DNA from: an uncultured Candidatus Saccharibacteria bacterium
GTDB taxonomy: Bacteria; Patescibacteriota; Kazan-3B-28
NCBI GenBank assembly: GCA_964434605.1
Contig: CAYSVM010000001.1
Coordinates: 119,624-183,623, forward strand
DNA length: 64,000 bases
Direction: 5' to 3'
Positions within the stretch are counted from its first letter, which is position 1. Each line of letters begins with the position of its first letter. Position numbers and translations under genes: made by a program. Under the pieces are notes generated by a model. It saw only the letters and a list, made by a program, of their open reading frames with translations, did not search any database and was not told the DNA's origin. Shown here one piece after another: positions 39,578 to 47,284 of this stretch.

Positions 39578-41032
39578 GTGATTCATCCATACCAATTCGT
39601 AATGATCGGCGGATTGGGATGTTTGCTAGGAGTAGCCCTAGGTGTCCAGTTTCATCTACCACTTTTATCAGCTGCTATCGCAGCTGTTTTACTAGTCGTA
39701 GTTTTATTTACACGACCGGCAGTTCTTGTGCTTGGAACCAGTATCTTCTTTTTAAGTATTCTCTTTGGTTGGTGGCGATGCCAAACCGTAGTTTTGAGTC
39801 GTCCATTTGTATCCGACCTGAATGGCAACACCATGTTTGTTACAGGACGGGTTGCAAGCGATCCAATCGTTTCTGGAAACGAACAAAACTTCCAACTGTT
39901 AGTAAGTTCTGTCAGCGAAGAATCTCGTCGATTCAAAGTTCTTGTAACAGCTTGGCATCTACCTGTATTCGAATATTCCGATAAAATCTCTGGTCAGCTC
40001 AAGTTCTCTCTTCCAAAAGACTCAGACAATTTTAGCTATTCTAACTATCTAGCCAAAGACAACATTCATATTCTTGGTGACCAGGCTGGAAAACTTGCCA
40101 GTACACCATCTTCAAATCCATCTTTGCTCAAGTGGCTTTATCGGGTTAAACACTTCGTGAATCTATCTATTCACCGGTTTCTTCCAGAACCCCATAGCGG
40201 CTTATTAGCCGGACTGCTTCTTGGAATAAAGGCAGATTTATCAGAGGACTTTCGTACTGCCCTAAAGAATTCAGGAACTTCGCATATTGTTGCTCTGTCA
40301 GGGTTCAATATTACTATTATCATCACCTTTCTTTTATTTACTCTTCGTCGGTTGCCTCGTCGTTTTGTCTGGATTGCTTCCGGGATTTTAATCTTGGGCT
40401 TTGTCATTATGACCGGTGCTGCATCTTCGGTTATTCGAGCAGCCATCATGGGGTGGCTGCTTTTGTTGGCCAGTATGTGGGGACGTCAAAGAAGCGCTAC
40501 AAATGCAGTACTTTTGGCAGCAGTTATTATGGTTCTTTTGCAACCGATGATCCTGTTTTATGATATTGGCTTCCAGCTTTCTGTAGCTGCAACCGTAGGG
40601 CTACTGTATTGTTCCCCGCTATTCTTATGGAATATAAAATATGTTCCCCAGTTTCTAATCGAGACCTTTTCTACTACAGTCGGTGCAACTCTTTTTACAA
40701 TGCCCCTAATTGCTCTATACTTCGGAGGATTTTCTTGGGTTACGCTAGGAGCAAATATTATCGTAGTCCCCCTAGTTCCTTATGCCATGTTGCTTGGTTT
40801 TGTGGGGATGATCTTGTTTTTGCTCATTCCCACTTTGCAATGGCTAAGTCTTTTGGTCTGGCCCCTCTCTGCCCTAATCTTTTCTGTTATTAATTGGTTT
40901 GGGAATTTGCCATCTGCTTTCGTCCCCCTACCCGCTCTACCGATATGGGTGCCGATATCTTACTACTTGATTTTGGTAATAATTATCTTATATGTCCAAC
41001 ATCGTCGTTCATCTTCGTCGTCACTGGATTGA
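39578..41032 (+). CDS. comEC: ComEC/Rec2 DNA internalization channel (DUF4131 plus competence domain)
   Basis: GTG start. Polytopic membrane protein with the competence-domain core (SGFNITIIITFL). Confidence 0.8.
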   Translation: MIHPYQFVMIGGLGCLLGVALGVQFHLPLLSAAIAAVLLVVVLFTRPAVLVLGTSIFFLSILFGWWRCQTVVLSRPFVSDLNGNTMFVTGRVASDPIVSGNEQNFQLLVSSVSEESRRFKVLVTAWHLPVFEYSDKISGQLKFSLPKDSDNFSYSNYLAKDNIHILGDQAGKLASTPSSNPSLLKWLYRVKHFVNLSIHRFLPEPHSGLLAGLLLGIKADLSEDFRTALKNSGTSHIVALSGFNITIIITFLLFTLRRLPRRFVWIASGILILGFVIMTGAASSVIRAAIMGWLLLLASMWGRQRSATNAVLLAAVIMVLLQPMILFYDIGFQLSVAATVGLLYCSPLFLWNIKYVPQFLIETFSTTVGATLFTMPLIALYFGGFSWVTLGANIIVVPLVPYAMLLGFVGMILFLLIPTLQWLSLLVWPLSALIFSVINWFGNLPSAFVPLPALPIWVPISYYLILVIIILYVQHRRSSSSSLD

Positions 41033-41849
41033 ATGTATCCTGGCAGGTATTGCTGTCTTAAGTGTAGCCTTGGGGTTATTCACCCATTTGCATCCAGACA
41101 ATCTTACTCATGTTTGGTTCTTTGACGTAGGACAAGGAGACGCCTCACTTATCAAGACCGCTTCCAATCAATATATTCTAATCGACGGAGGACCAACGGA
41201 TGAAGTTGTTGGGATGCTTGATGCAGTAATGCCCATGTGGCACAGGAAATTGGATGCGGTGATCCTTACCCATCCTCATTCGGATCATGCTACGGGGTTG
41301 CTTTCGGTCGTAGATCGCTATCCAATAGAATCTTTTTGGTATACCGGAGCGGAATACAATTCAGAGACATATAAAACACTAATAGCCGAAGTAACTAAAC
41401 AAGACATCCCCATCCAACTAGCTAATCAGAACGACAACTTATCATTCGGAGAGAGCAAATTAGAAATATTATTCCCAGTAATTGAAAAGCCATTTTCCAA
41501 CGATCCCAATGCTGTATCGATAGTAAACACATTCTGCTACAAGAACTTCTCCATGCTATTTACTGGAGATGTTCCAACCAGCGAAGAACCAGGATTTATC
41601 GCAAGAGTTCAAGATGTAGATGTAATAAAAGTTCCTCATCACGGTAGTCGCTCTGCTTCCAGTAATAGCCTTATCTCTGCTGCCAAACCAGAAGTTGGGG
41701 TTATTGAGTTGGGCGCAGACAACTCTTTTGGGCATCCTCATAAAGAAGTCATAGATCGATACCAAGCGGCTGGTATTAAGCTGTATCGTACGGATCAAGG
41801 TGGTACGATCGAGATTGTGACGGATGGCCAATATTACAAGGTGCTCTAA
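40992..41849 (+). CDS. ComEC C-terminal metallo-beta-lactamase domain protein (separate ORF)
   Basis: One TM helix, then FFDVGQGDASLIK and LTHPHSDHATGL. Overlaps the comEC ORF by 41 nt in a different frame. Confidence 0.75.
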   Translation: MSNIVVHLRRHWIECILAGIAVLSVALGLFTHLHPDNLTHVWFFDVGQGDASLIKTASNQYILIDGGPTDEVVGMLDAVMPMWHRKLDAVILTHPHSDHATGLLSVVDRYPIESFWYTGAEYNSETYKTLIAEVTKQDIPIQLANQNDNLSFGESKLEILFPVIEKPFSNDPNAVSIVNTFCYKNFSMLFTGDVPTSEEPGFIARVQDVDVIKVPHHGSRSASSNSLISAAKPEVGVIELGADNSFGHPHKEVIDRYQAAGIKLYRTDQGGTIEIVTDGQYYKVL

Positions 41850-41858
41850 TATAAAGAT

Positions 41859-42161
41859 ATGGAAGAGCGAAAAAACTTTATCAGAAATCCCGAAGATTTC
41901 ATCTGTGATCATTGTGGATTTAAAGCAGAAGGATCTGGATATACCAATCACTGTTCTCGTTGTCTTTGGAGTAAGCATGTAGACAATCTTCCCGGAGACC
42001 GGAAAAGTCCCTGTGGTGGTCTAATGGAGCCAATAGCCTTAGAGATTGGGGGTGATAAGGAGCAAATCGTTCATCATTGCCACAGTTGCGGGATAATAAA
42101 AAAGAATAAAGTTGCCACTAACGATAACCGAGAGACCATTCTCAAACTTCCTATCCAATGA
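41859..42161 (+). CDS. small Cys/His-rich protein, possible RNHCP-domain protein
   Basis: Contains CDHCG...TNHCSRCLWSKHVD...CGG...HHCHSCG. Resemblance to the RNHCP domain is from memory, not a search. Confidence 0.45.
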   Translation: MEERKNFIRNPEDFICDHCGFKAEGSGYTNHCSRCLWSKHVDNLPGDRKSPCGGLMEPIALEIGGDKEQIVHHCHSCGIIKKNKVATNDNRETILKLPIQ

Positions 42162-43189
42162 TTCACTTTATTTCAATCCCTTGGACACTACTGCTTTCCG
42201 CTTTTGGAGTAGCCTTTGTTGTCGTCCTAGTTGCTACTCCGCGGGTAATAAGCTTAGCAAAAAAGTATCACTTGTTTGATTTACCATCGGCCCGAAGAAT
42301 ACATCTCAGTCCTGTTCCAAGAGTGGGAGGGATAGCCCTATTCCTCGGTTTCATTATCGCTCTTTTTGCTGTTTTTGGGTTGGATCCGCGTATCTTTGGA
42401 GTTGCTGTTTGTGCAACCCTCATCTTTCTACTTGGGCTTCTAGACGATATATACAACCTCAATCCCGTTCTAAAGTTTACTGGGCAGATCTTCGTAGCTT
42501 CTCTTGCTATATTTTTCGGTATTACTATTGGGAACATTACCAATCCTTTTGGCGGAATTATTCTACTATCTCCCCTGCTAGATATTGTCCTTACTACCAT
42601 TTGGATGCTTTTGATGATAAACACTGTCAACTTTTTAGATGGATTAGATGGATTGGCCACCGGTGTTACTGCTATCGCTGCAGGAGTGTTGGTAATCCTA
42701 AGCTTGTTCGCCATCGTGGATCAACCGTCCACTGCTACTCTTGCTGCAATTGTTTGCGGAAGTGCTTTAGGGTTTTTGTATTTCAACTGGCATCCCGCTA
42801 AAATATTCATGGGCGACTCGGGAAGTCATTTACTTGGATTCTTACTCGCCACCATTTCCATCATTAGTGGTGGTAAGATTGCAACCGCTGTATTAGCTCT
42901 TGGTTTGCCTGTCTTAGATATGCTCTGGTCGGTTACTAGAAGGTTAAAAGAAGGTAAATCACCCTTTGTTGCAGACAAACTTCATCTTCATCATCTCCTG
43001 TTGTCTGCTGGTCTTAGTCAGTCAACGGTAGTCTTATTATTTTACGGACTAACAATCGGGTTCGGAGTTGTGGCTCTACTCTCTGGAACATGGGTAAAAC
43101 TTTTCGGATTGTTAGTTCTTGTTATTGCATTAGCAGGAATTATTAGACTGGCTCTATATTTTCGCGTTCAACAGAGAGAAAAGAGTTGA
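42158..43189 (+). CDS. GT4-family polyprenyl-phosphate sugar-1-phosphate transferase (MraY/WecA-like)
   Basis: 10 to 11 TM helices, the DGLDGLATG motif and DD..N loops. MraY versus WecA cannot be resolved by eye. Confidence 0.75.
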   Translation: MIHFISIPWTLLLSAFGVAFVVVLVATPRVISLAKKYHLFDLPSARRIHLSPVPRVGGIALFLGFIIALFAVFGLDPRIFGVAVCATLIFLLGLLDDIYNLNPVLKFTGQIFVASLAIFFGITIGNITNPFGGIILLSPLLDIVLTTIWMLLMINTVNFLDGLDGLATGVTAIAAGVLVILSLFAIVDQPSTATLAAIVCGSALGFLYFNWHPAKIFMGDSGSHLLGFLLATISIISGGKIATAVLALGLPVLDMLWSVTRRLKEGKSPFVADKLHLHHLLLSAGLSQSTVVLLFYGLTIGFGVVALLSGTWVKLFGLLVLVIALAGIIRLALYFRVQQREKS

Positions 43190-43254
43190 CAGAAAGGATG
43201 TTTTATTGTACAATGAAATAATTAGGACGCTGCAAAAACAAAAACAAAACAAAA

Positions 43255-43719
43255 ATGAACAACCAACAGTTCGAGCGTCTGGTAGAAAACCTACAAGATA
43301 TTATGCGTTGTCCTCATTGCTCTGCAAGCTACAGCTTGCAGGATATTCATTACCTAGGACAGCTAGATTCAATGACCTTTCTCCATATGCGTTGCAATTC
43401 CTGCCACACGCCCGTTTTTGCTAGCGTAGCCCTGGCTAATACCAGCGGTGAGATCATCCCTTCTGATCTAACGGTAGACGACATTGCTGTCAGTGACCTT
43501 TCTAATTCGCAGATGGAAGATGACTTAGTAGAGCTCGGGTTTGAACGCAGGGGGCTAGAAACCCAGCCTCAGGTAAAGCAAGTCCAAGTCCCCATCGAGG
43601 ATATCTCAGCAGAAACCATTCTCCATTCCCTTTCCCCTGTTGCTTACGACGACGTTCTAGATATGCATACTTTCCTGAACCAGTTTTCTGGAGACTTCGA
43701 CAATATCCTTACCAAGTAA
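43255..43719 (+). CDS. hypothetical zinc-ribbon protein (154 aa)
   Basis: CPHCSASY...CNSCHTP four-Cys ribbon and an acidic C-terminal half. Confidence 0.5.
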   Translation: MNNQQFERLVENLQDIMRCPHCSASYSLQDIHYLGQLDSMTFLHMRCNSCHTPVFASVALANTSGEIIPSDLTVDDIAVSDLSNSQMEDDLVELGFERRGLETQPQVKQVQVPIEDISAETILHSLSPVAYDDVLDMHTFLNQFSGDFDNILTK

Positions 43720-43748
43720 ATCAGCCTAATTAGCCTAACATCCAAAAA

Positions 43749-43777
43749 CCCTTTGACTTCAAGGGGTTTTTTGGTTA
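43749..43777 (+). terminator. weak intrinsic terminator upstream of rplY
   Basis: CCCTT-tgacttc-AAGGG followed by GTTTTTTGG. Confidence 0.4.
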
Positions 43778-43791
43778 GTCTAGGGTTTGTT

Positions 43792-44457
43792 ATGGGTACG
43801 GCTGAATATAGTATAAATCTGGAAACACGAGATAAAGCTGCTAAGGTTAATTCTCTCCGGCGACAGGGCAAACTCCCGCTGGCGCTTTATGGTAAAGACA
43901 TAGAGCCCCTGCTTCTTTCTGGAGACATGCAGACTATCTCAAAGATTCTCAAAAAGGCTGGAGAGAGCTCTCTGATCAACATTAAGATAGATGGAAAAGA
44001 TGAGCGGATAGTTCTATTCAGAGAACCCCAGTACAATCCCGTTAATGGAGAAGTATTCCATATAGATCTCTACCAAGTGAACCTGAAAGAAAAGATTCGT
44101 GCAGAAGTTCCACTTTCTTTTATTGGCGAAGCACCTGCTGTGGGAGCAGTCGATGGCGTAGTTGTTACTAATCGGGACAAAATTGAAGTTGAATGTTTGC
44201 CAAGCGACCTACCTCATGCAATTGAAGTTGATTTATCTATCTTGGCTAACATTGATGACGAAATTAAAATAAAAGACTTGAAACTACCTGCTGGAGTAGA
44301 AGTTTTAGATGAAGCGGAAGATTCGATAGTAATTGTTACTCAAAAACGCGAAGAAGAAGTAATTGAAGCACCAGTTAGCGAAGAAGAAGCGGTTGCACAA
44401 GTCGAAGTTATCTCAGAAAAAGTCGAAGAAGAACCCGCTCCCCCATCCGCCGAGTAA
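43792..44457 (+). CDS. rplY: 50S ribosomal protein L25 / general stress protein Ctc
   Basis: MGTAEYSINLETRDKAAKVNSLRRQGKLPLALYGK. C-terminal acidic tail. Start chosen after the upstream terminator. Confidence 0.85.
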   Translation: MGTAEYSINLETRDKAAKVNSLRRQGKLPLALYGKDIEPLLLSGDMQTISKILKKAGESSLINIKIDGKDERIVLFREPQYNPVNGEVFHIDLYQVNLKEKIRAEVPLSFIGEAPAVGAVDGVVVTNRDKIEVECLPSDLPHAIEVDLSILANIDDEIKIKDLKLPAGVEVLDEAEDSIVIVTQKREEEVIEAPVSEEEAVAQVEVISEKVEEEPAPPSAE

Positions 44458-44484
44458 TTCAACAACTTAAATTAATATCAAAAG

Positions 44485-44513
44485 TCGTTCGCAAAAAATT
44501 GCGGGCGATTTTT
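44485..44513 (+). terminator. intrinsic terminator after rplY
   Basis: TCGTTCGC-aaaaaatt-GCGGGCGA followed by TTTTT. Confidence 0.5.
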
Positions 44514-44678
44514 CAATAAAACTATTGCTAAGTTACAAAAAGTTGTAAAATAAAACTAGTTTTGTATTGTTTTTGATAAGTGTGTGATTTATAATTCAAC
44601 TAACAAGTGTTAATGCTTTCAAGCATCAAACAATTTGTTAAAACGTTGTTATATTAGTGTAAGTATGGGGGGGTTCTA

Positions 44679-44855
44679 ATGCCAGTTCGCAAAAGAAGGA
44701 AGGTTGCTGCTAAACCAGCTGCCAAGAAGAAAGTGACCCGTCGTCGCAAGGCTGTTAAAAAGACAGTCAAGAAAGTAACCCGTCGTCGCAAAGTCGCTAA
44801 GAAAGCAGTCAAGAAAGTGACTCGTCGCAGAAAGACTGCACGCCGCAAAAAATAA
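44679..44855 (+). CDS. 58-aa tandem-repeat Lys/Arg-rich protein (histone H1/Hc-like, probably nucleic-acid binding)
   Basis: MPVRKRRKVAAKPAAKKKVTRRRKAVKKTVKKVTRRRKVAKKAVKKVTRRRKTARRKK. Three 42-nt DNA repeats whose differences are synonymous. A G-rich RBS precedes it and an intrinsic terminator follows directly. The track's opposite-strand ORF 44654..44848 is rejected. Confidence 0.65.
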   Translation: MPVRKRRKVAAKPAAKKKVTRRRKAVKKTVKKVTRRRKVAKKAVKKVTRRRKTARRKK

Positions 44856-44877
44856 TTGTAGCTAATGCAAATTAAAA

Positions 44878-44904
44878 GACACTTCCTGGGGGGAGTGTCT
44901 TTTA
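44878..44904 (+). terminator. intrinsic terminator after the basic-protein gene
   Basis: GACACTTCC-tgggg-GGAGTGTC followed by TTTTATATTATTT. Confidence 0.55.
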
Positions 44905-44906
44905 TA

Positions 44907-46043
44907 TTATTTGATGATATTACATAGCTCTTTGATGAGTTGGTCTATCTCTGATTTTTTCGTTCGGTAGCCCATTGTAATCCGAAGACTTGATCTGGCT
45001 CGTCCCTCCCCCGCTCCCATTGCTTGCAGCACATATGATGGTTCAAGATTTCCCGCTGCACATGCAGAGGTGGCAGATACCATGATTCCTTTTCTATCAA
45101 AACCAATTACCAGTTCATCGCTAGTTCTACCTGCAACGCTAAAATTTATATTATTCGCAAGTCTTTCTGTAAGAGAGCCGTTAATGGTTACATTGGGAAG
45201 TTTTTCTAATACAACAAATATAGATTTTTGGAATTGTTTTAACCTTTTCACTTCTTTTACCTTTTGAGATTGAGCAGAATCAAGTGCCTGCGCAGTTCCA
45301 ACAATCCCCATTATGTTCAATGTTCCGGAACGCAATCCCCTCTCCTGTCCTCCACCATGAATAACCGGTGTCAATGTTACACCGGTTCTGACATACAGTA
45401 CCCCGACACCCTTTGGTCCTCCCAATTTGTGTCCGGAAAGTGTCAGCATGTCGGTATGCAAAATCTGTGTATCCAAATCCAGTAAGCACCCGCCCTGCAC
45501 TGCATCAGTATGGAAATAAACTCGGCGTTTGCGGGTTTTATTCAGTTTTTTCACCAATAAACCAATTTCCCGAATCGGCTGAATAGTCCCCACTTCATTA
45601 TTGGCGTACATTACCGAAACCAAAAAAGTCTTTGGGGTAATTGCACGTTCAATTTCTTTGATTTCAACAATTCCTTCCGAATTTGGTTTTACGTAGGTGA
45701 CCTTAATGCCATTTTTTTCCAGAGCACGGCAAGTTTCTAGAATCGCTTTGTGTTCAATTGCAGTTATAACAATATGTCCATCTGGGTAGTCCCCTGCAAG
45801 TCCTTTAATCGCCAAATTGTCTGCTTCCGTTCCAGAGGCGGTAAAAATAATCTCTAAGGGACTACAATTCAATCTCTTAGCGATTTTTCTCCGAGCCTCA
45901 TCTACTGCTTCCGCCGCCTTCCGTCCAAATGTATGGATACTAGAAGCATTTCCAAAGTCATTTTCCGCATACGGCGCTATTGCCCGAATTACTTCGGGTC
46001 GCATGGGAGAGGTAGCCGCATAGTCCAAATAAACCTTAGCCAT
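44907..46043 (-). CDS. cysteine desulfurase (class V aminotransferase, IscS/NifS-like)
   Basis: PLP lysine region SGHKLGGPKGVGVLYV and catalytic Cys loop ATSACAAG. Confidence 0.85.
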   Translation of the reverse strand: MAKVYLDYAATSPMRPEVIRAIAPYAENDFGNASSIHTFGRKAAEAVDEARRKIAKRLNCSPLEIIFTASGTEADNLAIKGLAGDYPDGHIVITAIEHKAILETCRALEKNGIKVTYVKPNSEGIVEIKEIERAITPKTFLVSVMYANNEVGTIQPIREIGLLVKKLNKTRKRRVYFHTDAVQGGCLLDLDTQILHTDMLTLSGHKLGGPKGVGVLYVRTGVTLTPVIHGGGQERGLRSGTLNIMGIVGTAQALDSAQSQKVKEVKRLKQFQKSIFVVLEKLPNVTINGSLTERLANNINFSVAGRTSDELVIGFDRKGIMVSATSACAAGNLEPSYVLQAMGAGEGRARSSLRITMGYRTKKSEIDQLIKELCNIIK

Positions 46044-46150
46044 AGTTAGAGGATAGCATTTTTTGCCTCCAGAGCCAAGAAAACCCTTGTCAGAGCTAGT
46101 TATTAACTATAGAGTAAGAACCAGTTATTGTACTTTACTAAAGGGGGTAG

Positions 46151-46681
46151 ATGGTTGTGGCTCCAGACTTTCTTTTTTCTTTTCAAGCAAGAGTCGTTCC
46201 TGTGCAGGGAATCGTTGAAGTAGATCCAATCTACTCCGAAGACGATTATTCCTTTGCAGTTGGTCGTCGAATGGACCACTTTATCACAAGTCAAAGAGTA
46301 ATCTCTTTCGTCCGATCCAGTGAGTTGTACTGGCTCTTGTACAGATTGGCGGACAGGCTATCGGAGGAAATCCCAAACCTGATAAAGTCTCTGTCTTGCT
46401 GTGGAAACGAGCAAGACATGGAAGAAGTTGCGGGATGGGTTGAGAAGCTAGAATTATGTCCGGAGGAGGAAGAAGATTCTCAGGGTTTCGCAGTAGAGTG
46501 GATTATGGGAATATTCCACTACGATCGGATAGCCAAAGAGGTTTCATGCCACTCCCAATTCTTTAATAATTGGGTTGCGAACTGGCACGCAATGTACCTT
46601 TCGATTATTTATCTCGAAGAGAGATTGTATCCTGATAAGGTTTTCGTTGTTCAACAACGAACTTTCTTAGGGTCTGCCTGA
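46151..46681 (+). CDS. hypothetical protein (176 aa)
   Basis: ORF with an RBS-like AAAGGGGGTAG upstream. Ends at a shared palindromic terminator. Confidence 0.5.
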   Translation: MVVAPDFLFSFQARVVPVQGIVEVDPIYSEDDYSFAVGRRMDHFITSQRVISFVRSSELYWLLYRLADRLSEEIPNLIKSLSCCGNEQDMEEVAGWVEKLELCPEEEEDSQGFAVEWIMGIFHYDRIAKEVSCHSQFFNNWVANWHAMYLSIIYLEERLYPDKVFVVQQRTFLGSA

Positions 46682-46694
46682 AACAGCCACATTA

Positions 46695-46722
46695 AAACAG
46701 CTCACCAGTAGGTGAGCTGTTT
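46695..46722. terminator. bidirectional terminator: perfect 12-bp palindrome AAACAGCTCACC-agta-GGTGAGCTGTTT
   Basis: Seen directly between the convergent genes 46151..46681 (+) and 46735..47211 (-). Confidence 0.55.
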
Positions 46723-46734
46723 AACTATAAGAAG

Positions 46735-47211
46735 TTATGCACTATGAGGCGGAGTATAAGAATTACGCGCCCCCAATAGTTTAGTTACGCATTGAGCCCA
46801 AACACCCCTTGCCTTCTTAAAATCTCCATCACACACATGATAAAGTATTTTAGCGAACAGAGCCTCTTGCTGATCTTGTAGTGGAACTAACCCTGATTTA
46901 AAGTAGTCCTCTACTTGTTGTTCGGTAAGAGCATGGATGTCGTTTTCTAAATCAGAGATGCCTGTCTGGATCCCCATAGGTAAAGACTCGAACATTTTCC
47001 TATCTCCCCCCTTTTCCTCAATTTTTTTCATGTAATTTTCAACTTGCTTGATTCTGTCTGCAGCATATTGATCAATTTCCTTGAGTGCTTCTTCGGTATC
47101 AACATCTCTATTAATTTGGTTTGTTGCTGTTTCAGGAAACGGAATATCCGATGGCAGATTGCCACCTATTGTTTCTTTGGAAAGGTTGTTCCAATGCTCA
47201 GGCTGATTCAT
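46735..47211 (-). CDS. hypothetical protein (158 aa)
   Basis: ORF, acidic and helical. No recognisable motif. Confidence 0.5.
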   Translation of the reverse strand: MNQPEHWNNLSKETIGGNLPSDIPFPETATNQINRDVDTEEALKEIDQYAADRIKQVENYMKKIEEKGGDRKMFESLPMGIQTGISDLENDIHALTEQQVEDYFKSGLVPLQDQQEALFAKILYHVCDGDFKKARGVWAQCVTKLLGARNSYTPPHSA

Positions 47212-47284
47212 TTTTGTATTTATTTTACTTCTCGTTTAATTATACCATAAAATAACTTCTCTGTCAATCTGATATCATAGTCTT

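Noticed and set aside
44654-44848. Track ORF on the minus strand (MRRAVFLRRVTFLTAFL...).
   Set aside because: It is the mirror image of the repetitive basic-protein gene. The plus-strand frame has an RBS, synonymous-only repeat divergence and a downstream terminator.
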